Counted from the stretch's first letter, positions 14,011 to 24,272 are shown. The stretch: 64,000 nt of DNA from Alphaproteobacteria bacterium (GCA_963667785.2 CAXXMU010000006.1:352001-416000), one strand, 5' to 3'. The notes: generated from the letters alone by a model not told the origin. Made by a program: numbers and translations.

Positions 14011-14038
14011 AGGATAGGCCCGGGCGCCGCCGGGTCAA
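14011..14038 (-). promoter_or_regulatory. Predicted bioB promoter
   Basis: Minus strand TTGACC-N16-TATCCT. Confidence 0.45.
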
Positions 14039-14164
14039 GGAATGCGGCCCCGGCGAGGCCGGCCGTGGGCGCCCTTCAACCGCCTGCGGCGTGCCGCTAT
14101 GCCGTTTCCATATACAACATATGGGCAACAGCATGGGAAACGGCCACAAGACCGGCAATATTCA

Positions 14165-14193
14165 TTGACGGACGAGCCGGTCGGCATCATGCT
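14165..14193 (+). promoter_or_regulatory. Predicted kdsD-lptCAB promoter
   Basis: TTGACG-N17-CATGCT. Confidence 0.4.
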
Positions 14194-14222
14194 TGCCACG
14201 CTTTAGACAAAATTAGAAACCC

Positions 14223-15215
14223 GTGAGCCGGACTGCCGCAACCGCTGCACTCGACGTCATTGGGCATGACGATCTTGCCGCCGCCCGCCGGGTGGTGATG
14301 CAGGAATCGCGCGCGCTCGCGCGGCTGGCGGAATCGGTGACCGGCGACTTCGCCGAGGCGACCGCGCTGCTGGCGGCGACACGGGGCCGGATCGTGCTCT
14401 CCGGCATGGGCAAGAGCGGCCACATCGCGAACAAGATCGCGGCCACCTTCGCCTCGACCGGCGCGCCCGCACTCTTCGTCCATCCGGCGGAGGCGAGCCA
14501 CGGCGATCTCGGCATGATCACGGGCGCCGACACGCTGCTGATGCTGTCCAACTCCGGCGAGACGCCGGAGCTCGCCGATCTCGTGAACTACGCCAAGCGC
14601 TTCAGCATTCCTCTGGTGGCGATCGTCGGCCGGGCGCCCAGCACGCTCGCCGATGCGGCCGGCATCGCGCTGGTCCTGCCGGACGAGCCGGAAGCGGGCA
14701 CGCTCGGCCTCGCGCCGACGACGTCGACCATCATGATGCTGGCGCTGGGCGATGCACTCGCGGTCGCCCTGCTGGAGCGCAAGGGGCTCACGGCCGAGGA
14801 CTTCAAGCTCTACCACCCGGGCGGCAAGCTCGGCCGGCGGCTGGTCCGGGTCGGCGACATCATGCACGAGGGCGACGACCTGCCGCTGGTGCCCGCCGAT
14901 ACGGCGATGGCCGAGGCCCTCATCGTGATGACGGCCAAGCGCCTCGGCTGCGTCGGCGCCATCGATGGCCGGGGCGTGCTGACCGGCATCGTGACCGACG
15001 GCGACCTCAGGCGCCACATGGACGCGCGGCTGCTGCAACGGCCGGTGTCCGAGATCATGACGGACCATCCGGTGACGATTCACGCGGGCGCGCTCGGCGC
15101 GGAGGCCGTGCAGGTGATGAACCGGCGCAAGATCACCAGCCTCTTCGTCGTCGAGGCCGACCGCCCCGTCGGCATCGTCCACATTCACGACTGCCTGCGG
15201 GCGGGTCTGGCATGA
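14223..15215 (+). CDS. kdsD: Arabinose-5-phosphate isomerase (KpsF/GutQ family)
   Basis: GMGKSGH, EASHGDLG, APTTST and HPGGKLG motifs plus a CBS pair. Confidence 0.96.
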   Translation: MSRTAATAALDVIGHDDLAAARRVVMQESRALARLAESVTGDFAEATALLAATRGRIVLSGMGKSGHIANKIAATFASTGAPALFVHPAEASHGDLGMITGADTLLMLSNSGETPELADLVNYAKRFSIPLVAIVGRAPSTLADAAGIALVLPDEPEAGTLGLAPTTSTIMMLALGDALAVALLERKGLTAEDFKLYHPGGKLGRRLVRVGDIMHEGDDLPLVPADTAMAEALIVMTAKRLGCVGAIDGRGVLTGIVTDGDLRRHMDARLLQRPVSEIMTDHPVTIHAGALGAEAVQVMNRRKITSLFVVEADRPVGIVHIHDCLRAGLA

Positions 15216-15916
15216 GCGCAGGCTCGGACACAGGCACGGGCGCCGCCCCGGCTGCAGGCCGGCTCAGGCACTATCGGGCCGGCGCGGGCGGCAGCGCCGG
15301 GCCCGGCTCCTACAGCGAATTCGTTGGCCTCATGCGCTACCTGCTGCCGGCGATGGCGGCGGCCCTGCTCGGCCTCGTGGTGGCGTGGCCGCTCATCAGT
15401 GGGGGGGAAGCGGGCTTTCACGTGCCGCTGGTCACCGCCTCCGAGAGCGACGGCCGATTGATGATGGTCAACGCCAGCTACCAGGGGACCGACGCCAAGA
15501 ACCGGCCCTTCACCATCAGGGGCGAGGAAGCCTCCCAGCCCGACAGCGACTCGCCCGTCGTGCACATCAGCGGGATCGAGGCCGATATCGTCGTCGATCG
15601 GGCGCGGGACGAGGGGCTGGCAATGAGCGCGGACGAGGGGCTGTACCGGCGGGATGCCGAGCTTCTCGAGCTCGAGGGCGACGTGACGCTGCGCTCCGAT
15701 TCCGGCCACGAGTTCCGTACCGCCAGCGCCCGCGTCGACCTGCCGGCAGGCATTGCGCAGGGCGACGAGCCGGTGAGCGGGACGGGCCCGCACGGGGCGC
15801 TCGACGCCGGCAATTTCGCGCTCATGGAGCGGGGGCAGATCATGACGTTCGGCGGCGGGGTACGGGTGACCCTGTTCCCGCACGCGGTCGGGGGGCTGGA
15901 TGGCGAAGCGGGCTAG
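15212..15916 (+). CDS. lptC: LPS export protein LptC
   Basis: Single N-terminal TM followed by a beta-rich domain; between kdsD and lptA. Confidence 0.85.
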   Translation: MSAGSDTGTGAAPAAGRLRHYRAGAGGSAGPGSYSEFVGLMRYLLPAMAAALLGLVVAWPLISGGEAGFHVPLVTASESDGRLMMVNASYQGTDAKNRPFTIRGEEASQPDSDSPVVHISGIEADIVVDRARDEGLAMSADEGLYRRDAELLELEGDVTLRSDSGHEFRTASARVDLPAGIAQGDEPVSGTGPHGALDAGNFALMERGQIMTFGGGVRVTLFPHAVGGLDGEAG

Positions 15917-16478
15917 CGAGGCTATGGGCGCCGGCTGTGGCCGGCCCCGGCGCATGCGGCGCCTGTGGCGAGCAACCACGCTCGCGCCCGTGTTCGCGGC
16001 GGCGATCCTGCTGGCCGGTGCCGGGGCTGCGCAGGACGATGCCTCCGGCGGCGACGGGCCCGACCGGGCGATCGAGATCAGCGCCGATACGCTCGAAGTG
16101 CGCCAGTCGGAGAACCTCGCCATCTTTCAGGGCAGCGTCAAAGCGGAACAGGGCGACATGGTGCTGACCGCGAACACGCTCACCGTGCACTACCGCGAGG
16201 CGCAGGATGAGCAGGGCAACCTGGGGGTCTCGCGCATCGAGGCCGAGGGCGACGTCGTCGTTTCCTCGCCGGAGGAGACCGCGCGGGGGCAGCGGGGCGT
16301 CTACGACATCGATGCCGGGCGGATCGACCTCGCCGGCGGCGTGGTGCTGAACCAGGGCAACAATATCGTCAGGGGCGAGACCCTCACGATGGACCTCGAA
16401 TCCGGGGTCAGCAAGGTCTCCGGCGACGGCGACGGGCGCGTGGAAGGTCTCTTCGTCCCGGATGAGGAAGGCGAGTAA
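15900..16478 (+). CDS. lptA: LPS transport periplasmic protein LptA (start may be 15954)
   Basis: Signal peptide; IEISADTLEV...AIFQGSVKAEQGD OstA-like motif. Confidence 0.92.
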   Translation: MAKRASEAMGAGCGRPRRMRRLWRATTLAPVFAAAILLAGAGAAQDDASGGDGPDRAIEISADTLEVRQSENLAIFQGSVKAEQGDMVLTANTLTVHYREAQDEQGNLGVSRIEAEGDVVVSSPEETARGQRGVYDIDAGRIDLAGGVVLNQGNNIVRGETLTMDLESGVSKVSGDGDGRVEGLFVPDEEGE

Positions 16479-16505
16479 GGTGCCCGCCTGTCGGGTGGTT
16501 CCCGC

Positions 16506-17291
16506 ATGAAGCCGCGCCTGACCGCAGGCGCCGGGCGAAGCCCCGCGACGCCCGTCGTGGTTGCCGGCAATCCCGGCCTGCGGGCGGAGAACCTCGGCAA
16601 GAGCTTCAGGAAGCGGCCGGTCCTGCGGGGCATCAGCCTCACCCTCCAGCGCGGCGAGGCGGTGGGTCTGCTCGGCCCCAACGGCGCGGGCAAGACGACC
16701 TGCTTCTATCTGATGACCGGGCTGATGGCGGCGGACTACGGCCGCGTCCACCTCGACGGCCACGACATCACCGACCTGCCGATGTACCGCCGCGCCCGCC
16801 TCGGCCTCGGCTACCTGCCGCAGGAGGCCTCGATCTTTCGCGGGCTCACGGTGGAGAACAACATCCGCGCGGTGCTGGAAGTCGTCGTGCCGGCACGTGA
16901 CGAACGCGAGCTCGTGCTCGACGAGCTGCTTGCGGAGTTCTCGATCACCCACCTGCGCCGCACGCCCTCTCTGGCGCTCTCCGGCGGCGAGCGGCGGCGT
17001 GTCGAGATCGCCCGCGCGCTGGCCTCGAAGCCGCGCTTCATGCTGCTCGACGAGCCCCTGTCAGGGATCGACCCGATCGCGGTGGCGGAGATCCGCGATC
17101 TCGTCGCGCACCTCAAGGACCGCGGCATCGGCGTGCTGCTGACCGATCACAATGTGAGGGAGGCGCTCGACATCGTCGATCGCGCCTACATCATCAACGA
17201 AGGCGCCGTGCTGATGGAGGGCGCGCCCTCGGAGATCGTCTCCCACGAAGAGGTCCGCCGCGTCTACCTCGGCGATCGCTTCCGTCTCTAG
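16506..17291 (+). CDS. lptB: LPS export ABC ATPase
   Basis: GPNGAGKT, YLPQEASIFR, LSGGERRR and TDHNVRE motifs. Confidence 0.97.
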   Translation: MKPRLTAGAGRSPATPVVVAGNPGLRAENLGKSFRKRPVLRGISLTLQRGEAVGLLGPNGAGKTTCFYLMTGLMAADYGRVHLDGHDITDLPMYRRARLGLGYLPQEASIFRGLTVENNIRAVLEVVVPARDERELVLDELLAEFSITHLRRTPSLALSGGERRRVEIARALASKPRFMLLDEPLSGIDPIAVAEIRDLVAHLKDRGIGVLLTDHNVREALDIVDRAYIINEGAVLMEGAPSEIVSHEEVRRVYLGDRFRL

Positions 17292-17299
17292 GCGACCCT

Positions 17300-19072
17300 C
17301 TAGGCCACCTGCTTCGCCATCTCGGCGCGCCGCGCCTCGGTCGCGGCCACGTCGAGCTCCAGAGACTCCGTCAGAACCACCCCGTAGGCCTCCAGAGCGT
17401 GCTCGCGGGTGCAGAAGTCGTCGAGCACGTCCTCGCGGACCTGCTCTGCCGGGCGCTCCAGGGGGTCTCCGTAGCCGCCGCCGCAGGGCCCGAGAAAGCC
17501 GATGCAGTCGCCGGCCTGATTGCGCAGCCCGTGGATCTTCGCCGGCAGATCCTCAACGCTACCGGGCTCCGCGATATTGTACTTGATGAGCCGCCCGCCC
17601 CGGCCGGCGGTGCCGCCGCGAAAGCCCCAGGGCGGGTCGTCGTGCCGGTCCGCCTCGTGGGTGAGGAAGCCCGGCGTGAGGTAGCGCTGGACCTTGATCA
17701 CGCCGATGCCGCCGCGATGGCGGCCGGCGCCCGGCATCACGTCGTCGCGCAGCTCGTAGCGATCGCACAGCAGCGGCAGATGCATGCCGAGATCCTCGAT
17801 CGGGTTGTTGCGCGTGTTGCGCATCAGCTCCTCGATCGTGTCGGGCCCGTCGGAATGGGGCCTGCCGCCGCAGGCGCCCTCGTTGACCTCGATGAAGACC
17901 CAGTACTGGCCGTCGGGCCGGACGCCGGAATAGGCGATCGCCGAGACGTCCGCGGACGAGCCTGCGGTCACCTTCTCCGGGATCACCGGGGCGAGCGCCT
18001 TGGCGATGCAGTCGACCACCCGCTGGATCTGGTTGAAGCGCGCCTCCGCCGAGGCCGGATACTCGGGATTGAAGATCGTGCCCTTGGGCGCGGTGACCGC
18101 GATGGGACGGAAGGAGCCCTCGTTCTGCGGCACGTGCTCGCTGATCGTCGCGGTATCCAGCAGCAGCGCGCGAAAGGCGAAGTAGCAGGCGACCTTGGTG
18201 GAGCCCTCGAAGGGCACGTTGAAGGCGGTCGGCACCTGCGGTGCCGAGCCGGTGAGATCGACCTCGGCCGAATCCCCCTCGATGCGCACCGCCACCTTGA
18301 CCGGCAGCGGCTCCTTCCGGTTGCGCCCGTCGTCGTCGAGGAATCCCTCGGCGGTGTACTCGCCGTCCGGGATCGCCGCGATCTGGCGCCGCAGCATGCG
18401 CTCGGAGTAATCCATGAGCTGCTCGGTCGCCGCGAACACGACGTCCTTGCCGTGCTGGTCCAGCAGCTCGACGAAGCGCTTGACGCCCAGCTCGGCGGAG
18501 GCGACCTGGGCCTCGATGTCGCCCATCACCTGGCTCGGCACCCGCGTGTTGGTCTCGATGAACTGCCAGAGCGCGCGGTTGAGCACGCCTCCCTCGTAGA
18601 GCTTCACGCCCTTGAAGAGCATGCCCTCGGCGAACACGTCCGGCACGTCGATGATGAGCCCCGGCGTAGCCGCGCCGATGTCCACGTGGTGCGCCGTGTT
18701 GGCCGAGTAGCCCACAAGCTCACCGTCGTAGAAGACCGGTGCCACGGCGGCGATGTCCGGCGAGTGGCTGGCGCCGTAGTAGGGGTGGTTGTGGATCACG
18801 ATGTCGCCGGGCTGCCAGGGATCGTGCAGGGTCTCGTCGATTCCCCTCAGGTAGGCCGGAATCGAGCCGATGTGCATGGGCGTCGAATCCGATTCGCAGA
18901 GGGTGTTGAAGCTGCGATCGAAGAGCCCGGCGCCGAGGTCCTCGGATTCCCGGATGATCGACGAGTAGGACATGCGGTAGAGCACATGCCCCATCTCCTT
19001 CGCGATCGTGTGCAATGCGCCGCCGATCACCTGCAGGGTGATCGGATCGACCTCGATTCGCTTGGCGGTCAT
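17300..19072 (-). CDS. Hydantoinase B/oxoprolinase family protein
   Basis: Start moved to ATG 19072 (MTAKRIEVDPITLQVI); SSIIRES.D, H.PD, HHVDIG and GGGYGDP motifs. Confidence 0.92.
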   Translation of the reverse strand: MTAKRIEVDPITLQVIGGALHTIAKEMGHVLYRMSYSSIIRESEDLGAGLFDRSFNTLCESDSTPMHIGSIPAYLRGIDETLHDPWQPGDIVIHNHPYYGASHSPDIAAVAPVFYDGELVGYSANTAHHVDIGAATPGLIIDVPDVFAEGMLFKGVKLYEGGVLNRALWQFIETNTRVPSQVMGDIEAQVASAELGVKRFVELLDQHGKDVVFAATEQLMDYSERMLRRQIAAIPDGEYTAEGFLDDDGRNRKEPLPVKVAVRIEGDSAEVDLTGSAPQVPTAFNVPFEGSTKVACYFAFRALLLDTATISEHVPQNEGSFRPIAVTAPKGTIFNPEYPASAEARFNQIQRVVDCIAKALAPVIPEKVTAGSSADVSAIAYSGVRPDGQYWVFIEVNEGACGGRPHSDGPDTIEELMRNTRNNPIEDLGMHLPLLCDRYELRDDVMPGAGRHRGGIGVIKVQRYLTPGFLTHEADRHDDPPWGFRGGTAGRGGRLIKYNIAEPGSVEDLPAKIHGLRNQAGDCIGFLGPCGGGYGDPLERPAEQVREDVLDDFCTREHALEAYGVVLTESLELDVAATEARRAEMAKQVA

Positions 19073-21168
19073 GACCCTGCGACCTCCCTCACGTGCAGAT
19101 TGCCCGATGTCGCCACCGCCGCCTCGTGGCCCGGCGGCACCAGCGTGGTCGAATCGGTCTGGATGACGATGGCGGGCCCGTCGATATGCTGGCCGGCCCT
19201 GAGCCCGGCGCGGTCGAAGCGGGGCGTCTCGTAGGCCTTGCCGTCGTCGAATGTGGTGGCGCGCCGGTAGAGCAGCGCACCCTCCGGGTTGCGGCCGTCG
19301 CCGGCGGGCGCCTCGGGCCAGCTCAGCGCGCCGATCCCCGCTGACGCCACGACCCGGAGCGTGATGACCTCGACCTCCTGATCCTCGAAGGCGTGGCCAT
19401 AGTCCTGCCGGTGCCGCTCGTGGAAGCTCGCCAGCAGCGCGTCCCGGTTCTCCAGGGTCAGCGGCTCGTCCGGCATGGTGCCGCGCAGCTCGAAGCCCTG
19501 CCCTTGGTAGCGGCATTCCGCGACCTTGACCACGCGCTGGCGATCGGGCGGCACGCCGTCCGCCGCCAGCGCATCGCGCGCACGCTGCACCAGGGCATCG
19601 GTCTCGGCGTTGAGCGCGTCGATCTCCTCCTGGCTCGCCTTGGTGAGGACGCACAGCACCGAACGGGTGAACTCGTAACGCATGTCGGTGGCGAGCAGCC
19701 CGGTCGCGGCGTTGATCCCCGGCGCCGGCGGCACGATCACCTCGCGGGCGAAGACGGAGCGCGCGAGCGCGGCGCCGTGCAGCGGGCCGGCGCCGCCGAA
19801 GGCCACCAGCGCGTAGTCGCGCGGGTCGACTCCCTTGGCCACCGAGTTGGCTCGGATCGCGAGCGACATGTTGGAGTTGATGACCCGGATCACGCCGAGC
19901 GCCGCCTCCTCCAGCGTCATGCCGAGGGGGCCGCAGAGATTGTCCTCCAGCGCCTTGCGCGACCTCGCGGGGTCGATCTCGAGACCGCCGCCGAGGAACT
20001 GCTCGGGATCGAGCCGGCCGAGCACCACCTGGGCGTCGGTCACGGTGGGCTCGGTGCCGCCGCGGCCATAGCAGGCCGGCCCCGGCTCGGCGCCGGCCGA
20101 GCGCGGGCCCACGCGGAAGGCCCCGCCCGCATCCACGTAGGCGATCGAGCCGCCGCCCGCGCCGATCGTCGCGAGATCGATCATCGGCGCGAGGATCGGG
20201 TAGCCGCCGACCTGCGTGTCGCGCGGGTTCATGATGCGGACCTCGCCGTCCGGCACCACGCTGATGTCGGCCGACGTGCCGCCGATATCGACCGTGATGA
20301 GGTTGCGCGCGCCCGACATGTCGCCTGCCCACTGGCCGCCGATGACGCCGCCAGCCGGCCCCGACATGAGGATCGTCACCGGGCGCTCGGCGGCGCCGGC
20401 GAGCGTGGTCACGCCGCCGTTGGACTGCATGACGCGGATCTGGGCATCGACGCCGTTCTCGTTCAGCGCCGTCGCGAGATTGTTCAGGTAGTAGGAGGTG
20501 CGCGGGCCGATGAAGGCGTTCATCGCCGCGGTCGAGAAGCGCTCGTACTCGCGGATCACGTCGACCACTTCCGACGAGCAGCTGACGTAGGCATCCGGCA
20601 TCACCTCCTTCACGATCTCCTTCGCGCGGCGCTCGTGCGCATCGTTCAGGAAGGCGAAGAGGAAGCAGACGATGACCGCGTCCACCTCGCGCGCCTTGAA
20701 GAGCTCGGCCGCGGCACGCACCTCGTCCTCGTCGAGCGCGGTCTCGACGTTGCCGTCTGGCGGCAGGACGCGCTCGGTGATGGGGACGCGGTTCCGGCGC
20801 TTGACCAGCGGGCGCGACTGCCAGGGCACGTCGAACTGCACCGAGAAGTTGTGGGGCCTCTTGTGCCGCGCCATGTGCAGGATGTCGCGGAAGCCCCGCG
20901 TGGTGAGCATGCCGACCTCGGCGCCCGAGTACTCGATCACCGTGTTGGTCGCGATGGTGGTGCCGTGGACGATCTGCTCGATGTCGCCCGGTGCGACGCC
21001 GGCGTCGGCGCAGATCTCAAGGACGCCGCGGATGACGCCGCGCGACTGGTCCTCCGGCGTGCTCGGCACCTTGTGCACGAAGACCCGGCCGCCGCCTGCG
21101 CCGCTGCCGTCGGTCTCCAGGATGAGGTCGGTGAACGTGCCCCCGACATCGACGCCGATTCTCGCCAT
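19069..21168 (-). CDS. Hydantoinase A/oxoprolinase family protein
   Basis: GVDVGGTFTD, HGTT, SGPAGG, DIGGTS and GPRSAGA.PGPACYG motifs. Confidence 0.94.
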   Translation of the reverse strand: MARIGVDVGGTFTDLILETDGSGAGGGRVFVHKVPSTPEDQSRGVIRGVLEICADAGVAPGDIEQIVHGTTIATNTVIEYSGAEVGMLTTRGFRDILHMARHKRPHNFSVQFDVPWQSRPLVKRRNRVPITERVLPPDGNVETALDEDEVRAAAELFKAREVDAVIVCFLFAFLNDAHERRAKEIVKEVMPDAYVSCSSEVVDVIREYERFSTAAMNAFIGPRTSYYLNNLATALNENGVDAQIRVMQSNGGVTTLAGAAERPVTILMSGPAGGVIGGQWAGDMSGARNLITVDIGGTSADISVVPDGEVRIMNPRDTQVGGYPILAPMIDLATIGAGGGSIAYVDAGGAFRVGPRSAGAEPGPACYGRGGTEPTVTDAQVVLGRLDPEQFLGGGLEIDPARSRKALEDNLCGPLGMTLEEAALGVIRVINSNMSLAIRANSVAKGVDPRDYALVAFGGAGPLHGAALARSVFAREVIVPPAPGINAATGLLATDMRYEFTRSVLCVLTKASQEEIDALNAETDALVQRARDALAADGVPPDRQRVVKVAECRYQGQGFELRGTMPDEPLTLENRDALLASFHERHRQDYGHAFEDQEVEVITLRVVASAGIGALSWPEAPAGDGRNPEGALLYRRATTFDDGKAYETPRFDRAGLRAGQHIDGPAIVIQTDSTTLVPPGHEAAVATSGNLHVREVAGS

Positions 21169-21221
21169 CGTCCCTCGCGCCTGCGTGAATTCGCGGCCCT
21201 GACGGCCGCGAGCGGGTCATC

Positions 21222-22319
21222 TTAGCGGGCAGACGGGCCGATGGAAGGGGATTCCCGTGCCGGCGCGGGAGGAAAGCGGCGGCGCTCGCGATCCGTGGCG
21301 CGTCCTCCGGCTCGGTACGGCGCGGCGTCGGCCGTGGTCCGCTCCGGCTCCGGCACGAGCGTCAGCGCCTCCTCGATGACCTCGGCGCCGGCGCCCGGGC
21401 GGTGGGAGGTGCCGCCGAGAGCGCGACGCCAGGCGCGCCCGCCCGGCCGGCCTGCGAACAGCCCCAGCATGTGCCTGGCGATGCAGTGGAGCGGCACGCC
21501 GTCCGCGCACTTGTCCCGCACGTAGGGGAGCATGGCGCGGGCGACATCGTGCCGGCTGGGCAGAGGCTCGGCCTGCGCCCCGAAGAAGCGCCGGTCGACG
21601 CCGCGCAGCATGGCGGGGTCGGCGTAGGCCGCGCGCCCGATCATGGCGCCGTCCACCCGGCCGAGATGCGCGTCGGCCTCGTCGAGGCTGCGGACGCCGC
21701 CGTTGATGACCACCTCGAGCGCCGGCAGCTCCTGCTTCAGGCGGTAGACCGCATCGTAGCGGAGCGGCGGCACCTCCCGGTTCTCGGCCGGGCTGAGCCC
21801 GTCGAGTACGGCGATCCGCGCGTGCACGGCGAAGCTTCGCACGCCGGCGGCGGCGACCGTCTCGACGAAGGACCTGAGATCCTCGTAGGCGCCCCGCCCG
21901 TCAATTCCAATGCGGCACTTGACCGTGACAGGCACGTCGACCGCGCGGATCATCGCCCGGGCGCAGTCCGCCACCAGATCGGGCGTCTCCATGAGGGCCG
22001 CGCCGAAGCGGCCGGCGCGCACCCGCGGGCTCGGGCAGCCGATATTGAGATTGATCTCGTCATAGCCGAAAGCCTGGCCGATTTCCGCCGCCCGGGCCAG
22101 CGTATCCGGCTCCGCGCCGCCGAGCTGGAGCCCGAGAGGATGCTCCGCCTCGTCGAAGGCGAGCAGCCGGGTGCGGTCGCCGTGCACCACGGCGTCCGCC
22201 GTCACCATCTCGCTGTAGAGGAGCGTGCGCGCGGTGATCTGCCGCAGGAAGTAGCGGCAGTGCCGGTCGGTCCGCGCCATCATCGGCGCGACGCTCAGCC
22301 TGCGATCGAGCCTCGCCAC
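21222..22319 (-). CDS. dusA: tRNA-dihydrouridine(20/20a) synthase
   Basis: APMM..TDRHCRY, NLNIGCPS, VKCRIGID, HARIA and ENRE.PPLRY motifs. Confidence 0.95.
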   Translation of the reverse strand: MARLDRRLSVAPMMARTDRHCRYFLRQITARTLLYSEMVTADAVVHGDRTRLLAFDEAEHPLGLQLGGAEPDTLARAAEIGQAFGYDEINLNIGCPSPRVRAGRFGAALMETPDLVADCARAMIRAVDVPVTVKCRIGIDGRGAYEDLRSFVETVAAAGVRSFAVHARIAVLDGLSPAENREVPPLRYDAVYRLKQELPALEVVINGGVRSLDEADAHLGRVDGAMIGRAAYADPAMLRGVDRRFFGAQAEPLPSRHDVARAMLPYVRDKCADGVPLHCIARHMLGLFAGRPGGRAWRRALGGTSHRPGAGAEVIEEALTLVPEPERTTADAAPYRAGGRATDRERRRFPPAPARESPSIGPSAR

Positions 22320-22452
22320 GTGTCCCCGGTCCGCTTTCCCGATCCGCCCGCGGGCGGTTCCGGCCGAAGCGTGCCACAGCGCCGGCCCGAGCGACAGCTT
22401 GCAGGCGCGCCGGCATAGAGGCTAAAGCGTCGTCAGGCGACAGGAGGAGCCG

Positions 22453-23208
22453 ATGTCCCGGATGCACGTCGATTTCAGCGGCCGCAACGCCTTCGTCACC
22501 GGCGCGGGCGGCGGCATGGGACTGCAGATCGCGCGCGACCTGATCGATTCGGGCGCGCGGGCCACCCTCCTCGACGTGAAGCCCGCGCCGGACGATCTGC
22601 CGGCCGGCGCCCGCTACGTTCAGGCGGACCTCCGCTCCGCGCCCGATATCGCCCGGGCGCTCGCCGCGTGCCACGCGGAGGCCGGCCGGCTCGACTATCT
22701 GGTGAACGCGGCGGGCGTTCTCTGGTTCGGCCGCGACCGCTCGCTGGTCGATATCGACCTCGACGTCTGGGACGACGTGCTCGCGATCAACCTCAAGGGC
22801 GCGGCTCTCTGCGCCCGCCACGCCGTGCCGCTGATGAGAGAGAGCGGCGGCGGCGCCATGGTGCACATCTCGACCATCCAGTGCGTGCGCGGCGACGATG
22901 CGCCCCAGGATGCCTACCAGGCCTCCAAGGCCGGCCTGATCGCCTTGTCGAAATCCATCGCGATCCAGTTCGCAGGCGACGGCATCCGCTCCAACACCAT
23001 TCTGCCGGGGCCAACGCAGTCGCCGATGCAGCAGCGCTGGCTCGACACGCCTGCGCTCAAGGAGGCGACGGCGGCGGTCGTGCCGCTCGGGCGCGTCGGC
23101 ACCGTCCGCGACATGGCGAACGCCACGCTCTTCCTGCTCTCGGACGCGGCCTCCTTCATCACCGGAACCGAGCTGATCGTCGACGGCGGCGTCCTGGCGA
23201 AGCCCTAG
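22453..23208 (+). CDS. Classical short-chain dehydrogenase/reductase
   Basis: TGAGGGMG, NAAG, YQASK and ITG..L.VDGG motifs. Confidence 0.93.
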   Translation: MSRMHVDFSGRNAFVTGAGGGMGLQIARDLIDSGARATLLDVKPAPDDLPAGARYVQADLRSAPDIARALAACHAEAGRLDYLVNAAGVLWFGRDRSLVDIDLDVWDDVLAINLKGAALCARHAVPLMRESGGGAMVHISTIQCVRGDDAPQDAYQASKAGLIALSKSIAIQFAGDGIRSNTILPGPTQSPMQQRWLDTPALKEATAAVVPLGRVGTVRDMANATLFLLSDAASFITGTELIVDGGVLAKP

Positions 23209-23237
23209 CGGCATCGCCTTCGCGCGCCGGCGACGTC

Positions 23238-24272
23238 CTACTCCGCGAGCACCGGCGGCAGCTCGGCAACCTTGATCGTCGCGACCGAGAGGACGCCGTC
23301 CTGCGCGGTGACCGGCACCGCGCGCAAGACCGGCGGGCTGCCGTCCTCGGGCTTCTCGGCCAGCATGTTGAACGCCACCTTGGCAATGAAGCCGTCGCCG
23401 AGGGGAATCAGGTTGCTCATGATGAGCGCGTCGATCACATCGCCGTAGCCGATGATGTCGGCGGTCATCGCGGCGATCGGGCGCATCGCCGCGTCGAGCG
23501 CGATGGTCCCGCTCGATTCGATCCCGAGCGGCCCCCAGCGGATGCGGAAGCCGGTCAGCTCCAGGGCGCCGCCGGCGTCGCGCCAGGCGGCGACCGCCTC
23601 GCTGGTGCCGCGCTCGCTCGGGATGGATCCGACGACGCTCGCATCGATATCGAGAAAGTCGAGGCTCTCGCCGAGCCCTTCCGCCAGGCCACTCGGGAGC
23701 ACGGCATCACGCAGGGCGATGGACGTCTTCAGCACCTCCTCGCCGCCGTCATCCATGGCGACGCCGTTGGCACGCAGGCTGCCGACGAGAGCGGTCTCGC
23801 CCGGCCACACGCCCTCCACCTCGAGCCCGTGCAGATCGAGCGTGACCTCCCGGAAGCGCCTGTCCCCATCCAGCATGACGACGAGCCGCGAGTCGTCGAT
23901 CCGCGCATCGATGTCGCGCCACTCGCCGTCCTCGAGCAGGACCTGAACCGCGTTGCGCCGGTCGGGGTGGACGGTGACCTCGCTGAAGTCCCACGCGCTG
24001 GCCTCGGCCCTGAGCGACTCCGTCGCCCAGCGCCATCCGTTCCGCGTGTCGTGAACGCGCGGCTCGCGCAGGGTGATCTCGAAGCGGGTGGGGAAGCCGC
24101 TTACCTCGATACCCTGCCGTTCGATCTCCAGTCCCTGCGCCCGCTGCTTGTCGGCCCAGGCGTCGAACCGCTCCCCGATCTCGCCCGCGGCGATGAACCA
24201 GTAGCCGGTGTAGCCTGCCGCTGCGACCGCGATCGCGCCCGCGACACCGGCAGCGAGGAGAACGAGCCGCAT
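23238..24272 (-). CDS. DUF2125-like membrane-anchored protein
   Basis: N-terminal TM ending YWF, followed by GFP.RF; usual neighbourhood near plsC in alphaproteobacteria. Confidence 0.75.
   Translation of the reverse strand: MRLVLLAAGVAGAIAVAAAGYTGYWFIAAGEIGERFDAWADKQRAQGLEIERQGIEVSGFPTRFEITLREPRVHDTRNGWRWATESLRAEASAWDFSEVTVHPDRRNAVQVLLEDGEWRDIDARIDDSRLVVMLDGDRRFREVTLDLHGLEVEGVWPGETALVGSLRANGVAMDDGGEEVLKTSIALRDAVLPSGLAEGLGESLDFLDIDASVVGSIPSERGTSEAVAAWRDAGGALELTGFRIRWGPLGIESSGTIALDAAMRPIAAMTADIIGYGDVIDALIMSNLIPLGDGFIAKVAFNMLAEKPEDGSPPVLRAVPVTAQDGVLSVATIKVAELPPVLAE

Noticed and set aside
17300-20332. 1010-aa ORF suggesting a giant fused hydantoinase
   Set aside because: The N-terminal part is an alternative-frame overlap with hydantoinase A; the real gene starts at 19072 with an ATGA overlap.
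21222-22319. dusA as an integration site for dusA-associated islands
   Set aside because: No integrase or duplicated dusA fragment in the neighbourhood.
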